From: Phycisphaerae bacterium
GTDB lineage: Bacteria > Planctomycetota > Phycisphaerae > JAAYCJ01
NCBI GenBank assembly: GCA_012729815.1
Contig: JAAYCJ010000014.1
Span: 1,043-65,042, forward strand
Reading direction: 5' to 3'
Length of the DNA stretch: 64,000 nucleotides
Shown piece by piece: positions 30,401 through 38,838 of this stretch. The notes beneath the pieces were generated by a model. That model saw only the letters and a list, made by a program, of their open reading frames with translations, had not been told where the DNA came from and did not search any database. Position numbers and translations under genes: made by a program. Position 1 is the first letter of the stretch; every line of letters begins with the position of its first letter.

Positions 30401-30716
30401 CCTCGACGACAGCCTGCGGGTGGTCTCAGCCAACAACGCGTTCTTCCGCGAGTTCGGTTTGGACCCTCAGCGAACCTCCGGAAAGCACGTGTATGAACTC
30501 GACGATCGCCAGTGGGCCGGCGATCAACTCCGCCACCTGCTGGAAAAGATCGTTCCCCAAAACGAGGAGTTCAACGACTTCCGCGTTGAACACCGCTTTC
30601 CGGACGGACAGACCAAGATCATGCTCCTGAACGCCCGGCGGATCCAACGCCAGACCGAACGCGGACAACTCATCCTGCTGGCCATCGAAATCGTCCCAAA
30701 GGAGGGACAAGAATGA
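27477..30716 (+). CDS. CheB/CheR fusion protein with coiled coil and PAS domains
   Basis: CheB motifs GASAGG, QH and LSGAGSDG. CheR motifs INVTSFFRD, VWVPGCATGEEAYS and CRNLLIY. EELQSANEEL heptads and PAS domains. Confidence 0.92.
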   Translation: MTSSKRRKPDHNKPDGDQSPAPTPEHDQAHDQAQQEAADKGRSEAPDQAQDSERQQVEGEDVQPTDEWLSQGRQDQSKSQETSQPPEQADQEAQPRPALFVAGVGASAGGVRAIEEFFSEMPQGSKIAFVILQHMAPGHRSVLDALIRRKTEITVEEAQEKARLQADHVYVVQSGRDVDFRDGCFHFEASGEERGSRMPIDHLFRSLAAEFGDRAIAVILSGAGSDGTLGLKEIKGEGGVVMVQDPDEAEYASMPSSAVATALADMVLPVRRMAEELLRYVDHPAAGATPAAERETNERKFEKNVQRIIQIVRAKTGHNFVHYKQNTIRRRIQRRIAVHQLPDIEEYVKFLRQNPDEVQALFRDLLINVTSFFRDPEAWVALQEDVVTPIVRDRDPEEPIRVWVPGCATGEEAYSVAILFAEAMDRLERQIPIKIFATDISPEGIDAARDGCYPPNIAADLTPARLKEYFVKKEEQYRVVNRIREMVVFAVHDLTRDPPFSQLDLITCRNLLIYMDQDLQKTILPVFHYSLARGGCLFLGTSEGVGDFLQMYAPVDKRWKIYRVEPVSSERHIEEFRQAILGLEPPRLRRVIAMADREKPREKETRSGDREDRPAPPAPVDAREVLRRTMMDRYAPPAVLLDHDFNVLYFHGETDKFLRPPQGEPAFNLLAMARDSLLYRLTVALREARSEGKPVRCEQIPVRRTDGRFFNADLTISPLERQRGGPRLLLVTFEEHPGPDDEEARQADRDRESDARHQDLQDQLNSTRQDLQATIEELETSNEELKSANEELQANNEELQSANEELEASREELQSANEELETVNTELHRRNEALTEAHDDINNFFGATDIATLILDTRLRIKRFTPATKRIFNLIDADHGRVITDLTSQLIDVDLLDQARDVIDTLDKKELEVRTRDGGCYQLRILPYRTADNVIEGVVLTFQNISEVKRVQERARDAQRYAESVIATVREPLVVLDDSLRVVSANNAFFREFGLDPQRTSGKHVYELDDRQWAGDQLRHLLEKIVPQNEEFNDFRVEHRFPDGQTKIMLLNARRIQRQTERGQLILLAIEIVPKEGQE

Positions 30717-30739
30717 ACCATCCCCCCCGCAAGGGCGGT

Positions 30740-30866
30740 GAAGGCAAAATGCAACATGCAGAAGGCAAAATGCAGAATGAAGAGGCCTGACGACACACCG
30801 GCGGCCCCCATCGCCGGGCACGCCACCTCTTCTCATTTTGCACTTTGCATTTTGCCTTCTGCATTC
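30740..30866. repeat. Inverted heptamer tandem arrays
   Basis: (GCARAAK)n-like array at 30740-30785 and its reverse complement at 30826-30866, around a small GC hairpin. Confidence 0.8.
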
Positions 30867-30909
30867 TCCATTGGCATTTCCTCCTGGCTTCTTCTTCGGA
30901 GCCTTGTCC

Positions 30910-32235
30910 ATGACCGATAACGCCGACCACAACGAGCACAAAACCGACCTCCGTCGGCAGGCCGAGCGGGAACTGGCCGCTCGCGGCGACCGCGTGCCCA
31001 CCGAAACCGAGGAAATCGAACGGGCCCTCCATGAACTGCGGGTCCACCAGATTGAACTGGAAATGCAGAACGAGGAGCTCCGCCGCGCTCACATCGATCT
31101 GGAGACTTCTCAGCGGCGATACTGGGAGCTCTTCGACCTGGCCCCGGTGGCCTACTTCACCCTCCGGCCGAACAACCTGATCGTCGACGCCAACCAGGCC
31201 GCCGCCCGACTCCTCGGCCACGAACGCGCCTTCCTCCGCAGTCGTCCGTTCAGCAACTTCGTCGGGCCCAACGAGATCGAGAGTTTCTACGGCTTCCGCA
31301 ACCGCCTGCTCAAGACCCATCGCCCGTGTTCGTGCGAGCTGACCATGCGTCAGGCCGAGAACGGCAGATTTCTCATCGCCCGCCTCGACGGCCTGGCTCT
31401 GCGCGATGACCAGGATAACATCACCGAACTCCGGCTGGCCGCCACCGACGTCACCGAGCAACGCCAGGCGGAACGAGCCTTACAGGCGGCCCACGACGAT
31501 CTGGAACGCCGCGTCCACCAGCGGACCGCCGAACTGGCCCGGACGGTCGAGGAACTGCGACGTTCCAACGCCGACCTCCAGCAGTTCGCCTACGTGGCCA
31601 GCCACGACCTCCAGGAACCCCTCCGCATGGTCACCAGCTTCGTCCAGCTCCTCAAGATCCGCTGCGGCGATAAACTGCCCGGCGAGTGCTACCACTACAT
31701 CGACGTGGCGGTCGAAGGAGCCCTGCGGATGCAGGCCCTCGTCAAGGACCTGCTCGACTACTCGCGGCTTACCACTCGCGCCCAGGAGCCCCAGCCGATC
31801 GAAGCCGCGGACGTGGTCGCCGCTGTGCTCGAAAATCTGCGTATGACCATCGACGAAACGCACGCCCGCGTCGACGTCGGCGAGCTTCCAGCCGTCCTGG
31901 CCGACCCCACCCATCTCCTCCAGGTTTTTCAGAACCTGATCGAAAACGCCCTCAAGTTCCGCTCTGAAGCCCCGCCGCACATCCGCATCGCCGCCCGCCG
32001 CGCCGACGGCTGGTGGCAATTCGACGTCGCCGACAACGGCATCGGCATGGATCCGCAATACTTCGACAAGATATTTGTCATCTTCCAGCGCCTCCACAAC
32101 CGCCAGAAATACCCCGGCACCGGAATCGGCCTGGCCCTCTGCAAGAAGATCATCGAACGCCACGGCGGAAAAATCTGGGTCGACTCCCAGCCCGGCCAGG
32201 GCACCACCGTCCACTTCACCCTCCCCGCCGCCTGA
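30910..32235 (+). CDS. PAS-domain sensor histidine kinase
   Basis: HELRVHQIELEMQNEEL, H-box FAYVASHDLQEPLR, N-box NLIENALKF, and G-boxes DNGIG and GTGIGL. Confidence 0.93.
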   Translation: MTDNADHNEHKTDLRRQAERELAARGDRVPTETEEIERALHELRVHQIELEMQNEELRRAHIDLETSQRRYWELFDLAPVAYFTLRPNNLIVDANQAAARLLGHERAFLRSRPFSNFVGPNEIESFYGFRNRLLKTHRPCSCELTMRQAENGRFLIARLDGLALRDDQDNITELRLAATDVTEQRQAERALQAAHDDLERRVHQRTAELARTVEELRRSNADLQQFAYVASHDLQEPLRMVTSFVQLLKIRCGDKLPGECYHYIDVAVEGALRMQALVKDLLDYSRLTTRAQEPQPIEAADVVAAVLENLRMTIDETHARVDVGELPAVLADPTHLLQVFQNLIENALKFRSEAPPHIRIAARRADGWWQFDVADNGIGMDPQYFDKIFVIFQRLHNRQKYPGTGIGLALCKKIIERHGGKIWVDSQPGQGTTVHFTLPAA

Positions 32236-32289
32236 CGACCCGCACCCGCCAAAGAGAAACCTCCGCCGTCGATTCCACTTCCCTTTAAG

Positions 32290-32451
32290 ACGGCCCGGAT
32301 CACGCGGAACACGCGGAGGGGATAAAGAAGAAATGAAAATTGAAAATATCAAATACCAAAAATCAAAATGTGGCTCCGCCGCCCTCGGCGGAGTCTTCTC
32401 CTCATTCTGACTTCTGGCTTCTTTCCCTCCGCGCGTTCCGCGTGCTCCGTG
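32290..32451. repeat. Nested composite repeat, copy 2 (9-mer arm, heptamers, GTGG-REP hairpin, heptamers, inverted 9-mer arm)
   Basis: CGGATCACGCGGAACACGCGGAGGG (32296-32320) is inverted at 32425-32449. Central GTGG-CTCCGCCG-CCCT-CGGCGGAG at 32370-32393. Confidence 0.8.
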
Positions 32452-33464
32452 CTGATCTTCATGGGTCTTCCTCGGTACACGCGAATACCCCCGGCACGCC
32501 GACCCCACGTCCGTGTCCCCATGCACCAGCCGTCTGCCGGCGCGAAATTCCTCGCCGTTAAACGCGTCGAGAAAGCTCTGCCGTTTCAGGTCGCCCCACG
32601 CGAACCGCTGCTCGCCGACCACGCAGCAGGGCAGCAGCGTACCGTCGAAATGGATGACCGGAAAGTCGTACAGGTCCGTGCAGTAGGGCGGCTGCTTCTC
32701 ATCCACCTGGCAGGAGCCCTTGAGGCCATGCTCGTTGTAGACCTGCCCGTCCAGCGCCCCTTCGCCAAGGGCCAGATCGTCCACCTCCAGTTCCGCAGCC
32801 AGCCTGCGGGCCGCTGGTATCTCGTGCAGGTGTGCGGAAAGCACAAAAACCGCCAGACGATCCGCGGCGTCTGGCGACCCAGCGCCCGGCGGACCTCGAC
32901 CATCCGCCGCAGGTTCGCCAACGCCCGCTCGCACGACCCGCCGCGTCAGTACGTCGCGTAGGTCTCCTGCGTCGCCCCGTCAATCGAGCCGACAAGGAAA
33001 TCCAGACCCGACTCCACCAGCCGCTCGGCCAGACCGTCCGGCAGGTGGTTCAAATTGCTGTGAATCTGCGTGCCCACCCCGCGCCCGTGGATCGACGCGA
33101 TGATCTCCGGCAATTCCCGATTCAACAGCGGCTCTCCCCAGTTGAACAGGTTCACCTGCACCAGATGCGGCCAGAGCTCATCGAGAAATCGCTCCGCGTC
33201 CGCCCGCTGCAAAAACCCTCGGGCCAGCGGCTCGGTCCGCGCCCGGCCGGTGCAGCACCGAAGGTTACAGATATTGCCCGGCTCCAGGACGATCCGCCAC
33301 GGATACGCCTCGACCGTCTGGGCTCCGCCCGTCGCCGCCGCGTGCAGCTTCCGCGCATTGGTCAGCTTCGCCTCGCTGCCGTACCGCCGCCAAAGCTCCC
33401 GGCCCACCGTCGAGAGCCGCCGAACGTCGAAGCCCGTTTCCGTCGCCTGCGTCGGCGCCATCAT
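32452..33464 (-). pseudogene. Radical SAM/SPASM protein, disrupted
   Basis: Truncated CxxxCxxC (CNLRCC), NWGEPLL and SIDG. In-frame TGA at 32946, a 1-nt deletion near 32831, a SPASM remnant (C...DG..LPCC...GD...CRGY) and no native stop. Confidence 0.85.
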
Positions 33465-33541
33465 CTTGTCTCATCGCGATTCGCGCACAAGGTCTCCACC
33501 ATCTTCATCGGCTCACCTCGCCCCTCCAGTCCACTCAACTT

Positions 33542-33635
33542 GTGGCTCCGCCGCCCCCGGCGGAGTCTTCCTTCTTCATTCTGGCTACTGACTTCTGCCT
33601 TCTCCCCTCCGCGTGCTCCGCGTGATCCGCGCCGT
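33542..33635 (+). repeat. Composite repeat, copy 3 (GTGG-REP hairpin + heptamers + 9-mer arm)
   Basis: GTGG-CTCCGCCG-CCCC-CGGCGGAG-TCTTC...TCATTCTGGCTACTGACTTCTGCC...CCCTCCGCGTGCTCCGCGTGATCCG. Confidence 0.8.
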
Positions 33636-33745
33636 GCCTTCTGTTTTGAAGATCCCACCGCGACTTGCTTTTGTGACTCGCCTCATCCGTCGCTCCTCGC
33701 TATCATCAGCCGACAATCCGCCGACCGGACAAAGGAGAGTTGCCC

Positions 33746-36700
33746 ATGTCGCTTGACCGCCTGCCCGCCCTCGACCCCGCCATCGACCTGCGCGAGGCCC
33801 TGATCGTCGAAAACGGCCTGACGTCCGATGCCCTGGCCAAACTGACCGACGTGGTCCGCCGAGTCACCGGAGGTGCGCCGGCCACCACCCCGCTGACGCC
33901 CGACCGGATCGCCGAGACGCTGACGACCCGCCACCTGATCGTCCCGGGCTGCCTGAACACCTCGCCAATCGTCGAACACTTCTATTTCCGCGAGCAGGCA
34001 TTCCACGACCGCCTCCATCCCGGTCCAGGCGGCTTGGTGATCCGCACCCTCGTCGCACCCACCGCCGCCCGCAACGTCCTGTTCCTCGGCGCCTCCGACC
34101 CCGCAGGCCAGGTCGCCGCCATCGAACGGCTTGCCCAACTGATCGACCGACACGGCCCGGTTCTGCCCGCTTTGCACGAGACGCAGCGGACCACCGTCCG
34201 GCCCGACCGCGACCCGGACCAGTACCCTCTGGCCTGGCTCTTCGAACCGCTCGACGGCGACCGCCACCGTTTCACCGTCAACCGATTCTCCCAGGCCGCC
34301 CTCCGCTATCTCTACACCGCCGACCAGGACGACGGCCAACGCCTCATCGAAATCGCCCAGGAGATGAGCCGCCGTGACGAGCCCACCGACCTGCGCCTCG
34401 GCACCATCCGCCAGTCCGACCATTACTTCTCGCACCGCATGGTCGTCTACTGGCAACTCGTCGAACCGCTGCCGCTCTTTGCCGAACCGCTTCGCCAAGC
34501 CGTCGTCGAGGCCCTCTTCGACCACCACCACTCCTCGGAATCCGCCGCCTCACTCGACCGCTTCCGCCAACAGATCGGCCTGCCGCCCGACCGCCACGTC
34601 ATGCTCACCGCCCTCAACGCCTGGGTCGAAGCCGAATACTTCAGCCGACGCCTCCCGGACCGCGGCGACTGGCGCACCGTGATCGACGTGGTGACCCGCT
34701 ACTTCGAATCGATCTGGCAAATGAGCAAGGGCGGTTCGGGCCTCATCGAAGGCTACGCCAGCTACCTGACCGTGGCCCTCGAAGCCGCCCTCCTGATGGG
34801 CCGACCCGACGTCATCCGCCAACCGCCGCTGCGGACCTGGTGCCAGCGTCTTTTCGGCGTCATCGGCAACATGGGCGTCATGATGCCGTCCCAACAGACC
34901 GATCCACATCGATGGGCCTCCGACGCCCTTAAGATCGCCGCCTACTTCTTCGACGACGGCCGCTTCGAGTACCTCTGTCGCACCCGCGTTCGCGCCGCTC
35001 GCCTCGGCGTCATCACCGACTCCGACTGGCCGCCGTCGCGGCTCTTTCCCGGACCCGATCCGGTCCTGCCCGCCGAGTATCGCGACCTGAAGGTCATGCC
35101 CCTCGACGAAGTCTTCCGCAAACACTACGCTCCTCACGCCGACCCGGACCGCGCGTTCGACATGATCGTCGGACGCGGCGGCTTCAACTTCGACGACGAA
35201 TACTTCATCGTCCAGAGCGTCCGCAGCGGCTTTAAGTACACGCCCAACGTCGGCGCCCTGACCGGCTATCAGCGGCACGGCTACCAGCTCCTGGCTGACC
35301 TGAGCAACGGCATCTGCCCGGTCCACGGCCAGATCCGCAACGTCAACACCCTCGGCGTCATTCGCGACGGCGCCGGCTGTCCCGTGCCCACCGCCGCCGA
35401 GATCGTCGACGACCGGACCCTCGACGGCGACCGCCAGATCACCCTCCGACTGCCCGACTACAACGGAACCGACTGGTACCGAACCCTCCACTGGCGACGC
35501 GGCCAGTTCCTCCTCGTCCGAGACCTGCTCCACGCCAAACAAGCCGGCCAATTCCGCGTTACCAACTACTGGAACCTCACCGGCGCGCCCGTCGCCGCCG
35601 GCTTTGCCGCCATCTTCCGTCACAACGGCTTCAACCGCGACACCGTCTTCTTCCACGCCCAATGCGCCGGTCATGACCGCGCTGTGCCACAATTCCTCCA
35701 GCCGATTGAGCCAAAAGGACTCTGGCCCTCCGGCGCCATGTCTTCCCTCAGCCCGCTCGGCCTGCCCGAAGGCGAAGCCCGCCCGTGCTGTCTCGAACTG
35801 GACTCCCTGGTGTCCCTGGCCGAAGGACAGATGTGGTCCGCCTGCACGCTGTTCCACGCGACCGTCGAAAACGCCGTCCCGCAGTACCGTCTGCAAAGCG
35901 CATCGCCCGATGAAGCCCGCGTCAACGGCGAAACCATCCGCTTCGCCGCCACGCCCCCGAACCAAGGTCCGGGCACGACGTTCGCCGCCGCCGCTGAGCA
36001 TGGATCGTCGTACCGCCCGCACGTCGCCCAGACCTATCCGGTCGCCCAGCCGCCCGACCTGCTCGCCTGGTCCAGCCCGATCCTCGCCACCGCCACACGC
36101 GACACCATCCGCGTATTCGCTGATGATCGCGATCAGCCGTCCGATATCCATCTGGACTCCAACGTCACCGCCCTCGCCGTCTGCGACCGGTCCGTCGCGA
36201 TCGCCGCCGCCGACGGAACCATCGCTCTCTTCGATGCCGACGGACGGCGGCAGTGGCAGCGGCACTTGACCATCCTCGATCAGATCAAACCCTACTCATG
36301 GTGGGTCTGGCAGACGCCGCTGGCCACCTCGCTGCACCTCGGACCCGTCGGCCCCGACGGCGAGACGCTCCTCGTCGCCGGCTCAGCCTCCTGTGCCATC
36401 GAGGCATGGGACTTGCGCGGCGAACTGCGCTGGCGACAGCACTTCGGCTGGGGATCGGTCGCCCTGATCCAACCCGCGCCGGACCATCCCAGAGCCGCCC
36501 GAGGCCTGCTCGTCGGCCTGAGAGGCTTGTCTTGTCGCGGCGACGCCGACCTGATCGACAGCTCCGGCAAGACCGTCGCGACTTTCCAAAAAGCCCATCC
36601 CGATGAAACCGTCCGCGCCGGAGCCGAAGGATGGGACATCACCGACGCCGTCTTCGCCGAACCGTTCGAATTGGAAGGGCGGCGGTGCCTGCTCGTTGGC

Positions 36701-37075
36701 CGAAGCGGAGCCTTCTGCCACGCCACCGCCTACGACTATGCCGACCAGACCCCGCTCTGGACGACCGACTTTGGCCGCTACATCACCGGCTGCGCCATCC
36801 ATCAGCCGTCGCAACAGATCGCCGTCGGCACCGAACAGGGCCTGCTGGCCGCTTGCGACTGCGCCGGTCGGCGAACCTGGTTCCACTGGCTGCCCGCGCC
36901 GGTTACCGCCGTCGCCGCCGACCGCGATGGCTGGCTCGTCGGCTGCGACCGGCAGGTGATCCACGTCGATGCCCAAGGCCGGTGCTCTGCCCCGCTCGAA
37001 AAACAACTCCTCCTGGCGGCCGGGAACGCAGCCTTCGTGCAAACCCCTCGCGGTCTCGAGCGATGGGAGTTCTGA
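33746..37075 (+). CDS. Large hypothetical protein: alpha-toroid/heparinase II/III-like region plus a C-terminal PQQ-type beta-propeller
   Basis: Long ORF with typical codon usage. 'DYNGTDWYRTLHWRRGQFLLVRD' beta-sandwich, and repeats such as 'LFDADGRRQW' and 'WDLRGELRW'. Confidence 0.6.
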   Translation: MSLDRLPALDPAIDLREALIVENGLTSDALAKLTDVVRRVTGGAPATTPLTPDRIAETLTTRHLIVPGCLNTSPIVEHFYFREQAFHDRLHPGPGGLVIRTLVAPTAARNVLFLGASDPAGQVAAIERLAQLIDRHGPVLPALHETQRTTVRPDRDPDQYPLAWLFEPLDGDRHRFTVNRFSQAALRYLYTADQDDGQRLIEIAQEMSRRDEPTDLRLGTIRQSDHYFSHRMVVYWQLVEPLPLFAEPLRQAVVEALFDHHHSSESAASLDRFRQQIGLPPDRHVMLTALNAWVEAEYFSRRLPDRGDWRTVIDVVTRYFESIWQMSKGGSGLIEGYASYLTVALEAALLMGRPDVIRQPPLRTWCQRLFGVIGNMGVMMPSQQTDPHRWASDALKIAAYFFDDGRFEYLCRTRVRAARLGVITDSDWPPSRLFPGPDPVLPAEYRDLKVMPLDEVFRKHYAPHADPDRAFDMIVGRGGFNFDDEYFIVQSVRSGFKYTPNVGALTGYQRHGYQLLADLSNGICPVHGQIRNVNTLGVIRDGAGCPVPTAAEIVDDRTLDGDRQITLRLPDYNGTDWYRTLHWRRGQFLLVRDLLHAKQAGQFRVTNYWNLTGAPVAAGFAAIFRHNGFNRDTVFFHAQCAGHDRAVPQFLQPIEPKGLWPSGAMSSLSPLGLPEGEARPCCLELDSLVSLAEGQMWSACTLFHATVENAVPQYRLQSASPDEARVNGETIRFAATPPNQGPGTTFAAAAEHGSSYRPHVAQTYPVAQPPDLLAWSSPILATATRDTIRVFADDRDQPSDIHLDSNVTALAVCDRSVAIAAADGTIALFDADGRRQWQRHLTILDQIKPYSWWVWQTPLATSLHLGPVGPDGETLLVAGSASCAIEAWDLRGELRWRQHFGWGSVALIQPAPDHPRAARGLLVGLRGLSCRGDADLIDSSGKTVATFQKAHPDETVRAGAEGWDITDAVFAEPFELEGRRCLLVGRSGAFCHATAYDYADQTPLWTTDFGRYITGCAIHQPSQQIAVGTEQGLLAACDCAGRRTWFHWLPAPVTAVAADRDGWLVGCDRQVIHVDAQGRCSAPLEKQLLLAAGNAAFVQTPRGLERWEF

Positions 37076-37174
37076 TCCACGACCAGCCGGCCGCCTACGC
37101 CGAATTTCAGTGTCGCCGGCCCCCGCCACCGTCCGATAAGAACACTGGTGGTACAGTCTCAATGCGGATAATCG

Positions 37175-38767
37175 ATGGCAGGTTCCTCCAGGAAAATCAA
37201 GGATCTCGATAGCCTTCTGGCGGCTTTGCGCATCGACCGCGAGGCCGGCAAGACTGTCGTCCAATGCCACGGCTGCTTCGACATCGTCCACCCCGGTCAC
37301 ATCCGCTACCTCGAATTCGCCAAACGACAAGGCGACGTCCTGGTGGTCAGCCTCACCGCCGACTCCGCCTTCACCAAGAACGACGGCCGACCCTGCATCC
37401 CCGACGCCCTCCGGGCTGAGAACCTCGCCGCCCTCGAGTGCGTCGACTACGTGGTCATTGACCCTCACCCGACCGCCAAGGAAATCCTAAGTCAAATCAA
37501 GCCGGACGCTTACGTCAAAGGCCGCGAGTACGAACAGCGGGCCGACCCCCGCTTCCTCGAAGAAAAGCAGGTCGTCGAAAGCTACGGCGGCAAGACCATC
37601 TACTCCAGCGGCGAAGTTGTCTTCTCCTCCACCGCCCTCAAGCTCGCCCACGGCGACTCCATTGATATTGCTGACCAAAAGTTAGAATTATACTGCAAGC
37701 GATATCAGATCAACCGCCGCACCGCCGAGCAGGCCCTCCGCCAGGCCCTCGGCCTGAAGGTTCTGGTCGTCGGCGATCTGGTCGTCGACCGCTACGTCTT
37801 CTGCGACGCCTCCGACGTGGCCAGCGAGGCTCCCGTGATCTCCCTGGCCCAACTCGATCAGCAGGAGTACCTCGGCGGCTCAGCCATCATCGCCCAGCAC
37901 ATCAAATCCCTCGGCGGCGAGCCGTTCCTGATCTCCTCGATCGGACGCGACCTGGCCAGCTACATGGTGCTCGAAGAACTCGACCGACAGGAAATCGAGC
38001 ACTTCATGATCCACAACCGAAGCCGACCGGTCAGCAAGACCCGCTATCTCGTCGAAGAACAGAAAATCGTCAAGGTCGACGACCACCTCGTTCAGCCGAC
38101 CGACACCCAACTCGAAAAACGCATCCTCGACCAGGTCGCCCAACGGGCCGACGAGTTCCAAGCCGTCATCTTCTGCGATTTCGGCTACGGCTTGCTCACC
38201 GCCGGCCTCATCGAAAAACTCACCGCCATGCTCCGCGACCGCGTCGGCTGGATCTCAGCCGACGTCAGCGGAACCCGCGGCAAACTCATGGCCTTCCGCA
38301 ACGTCGATCTGCTGACTCCCACCGAACGCGAAATCCGCGCCGCCATGCACGACTTCGAGCAGGGCCTCTCGCCCCTGGCCCACATGCTCCTGACCCGCAC
38401 CGACAGCCGAAACCTCTTCGTCACCCTCGGCCGCAAGGGACTCGTCATCTTCGACGGCGCCAACCGCACCAGGGACGGCCGGCCCAACCCCGATGCCCGC
38501 CTCCGCAGCGAACATATTCCCACCCTCGCCGCCAGCATCCTCGACCGTCTCGGCTGCGGCGATGCCCTGCTGGCCACGTCCACCATGGTCCTGGCCGCCG
38601 GCGGCACCCTCGAAATGGCCGGCTACCTCGGTTCCCTTGCCGCCGCCATCGAACTTGGCCGACTCGGCAACGTCCCCGTCAGCTACGAAATGATGATGCA
38701 CGCCCTCGACGCCCAGGCCGAACTCCGCTACCTCCGCCAACCGCCCGCCCGCGCCGCCGGGGCCTAG
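37175..38767 (+). CDS. Bifunctional nucleotidyltransferase / PfkB kinase (HldE/RfaE-like, reversed domain order)
   Basis: N-terminal HGCFDIVHPGH and YVKGREY. C-terminal LVVGD.VVDRY and DRLGCGDA. Confidence 0.88.
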   Translation: MAGSSRKIKDLDSLLAALRIDREAGKTVVQCHGCFDIVHPGHIRYLEFAKRQGDVLVVSLTADSAFTKNDGRPCIPDALRAENLAALECVDYVVIDPHPTAKEILSQIKPDAYVKGREYEQRADPRFLEEKQVVESYGGKTIYSSGEVVFSSTALKLAHGDSIDIADQKLELYCKRYQINRRTAEQALRQALGLKVLVVGDLVVDRYVFCDASDVASEAPVISLAQLDQQEYLGGSAIIAQHIKSLGGEPFLISSIGRDLASYMVLEELDRQEIEHFMIHNRSRPVSKTRYLVEEQKIVKVDDHLVQPTDTQLEKRILDQVAQRADEFQAVIFCDFGYGLLTAGLIEKLTAMLRDRVGWISADVSGTRGKLMAFRNVDLLTPTEREIRAAMHDFEQGLSPLAHMLLTRTDSRNLFVTLGRKGLVIFDGANRTRDGRPNPDARLRSEHIPTLAASILDRLGCGDALLATSTMVLAAGGTLEMAGYLGSLAAAIELGRLGNVPVSYEMMMHALDAQAELRYLRQPPARAAGA

Positions 38768-38788
38768 CGCTCCAACTCCGCGCAGAAC

Positions 38789-38815
38789 GACGCCCGCCAA
38801 AACTCGACGGGCGTC
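38789..38815. terminator. Hairpin between convergent genes
   Basis: GACGCCCG...CGGGCGTC 8-bp stem. Confidence 0.5.
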
Positions 38816-38838
38816 AAATCCTCATGTCGCTCAAATGG

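Noticed and set aside
32946-32948. In-frame TGA in the radical SAM gene as selenocysteine or readthrough
   Set aside because: The position corresponds to Arg (likely CGA to TGA), and the gene has other disabling lesions.
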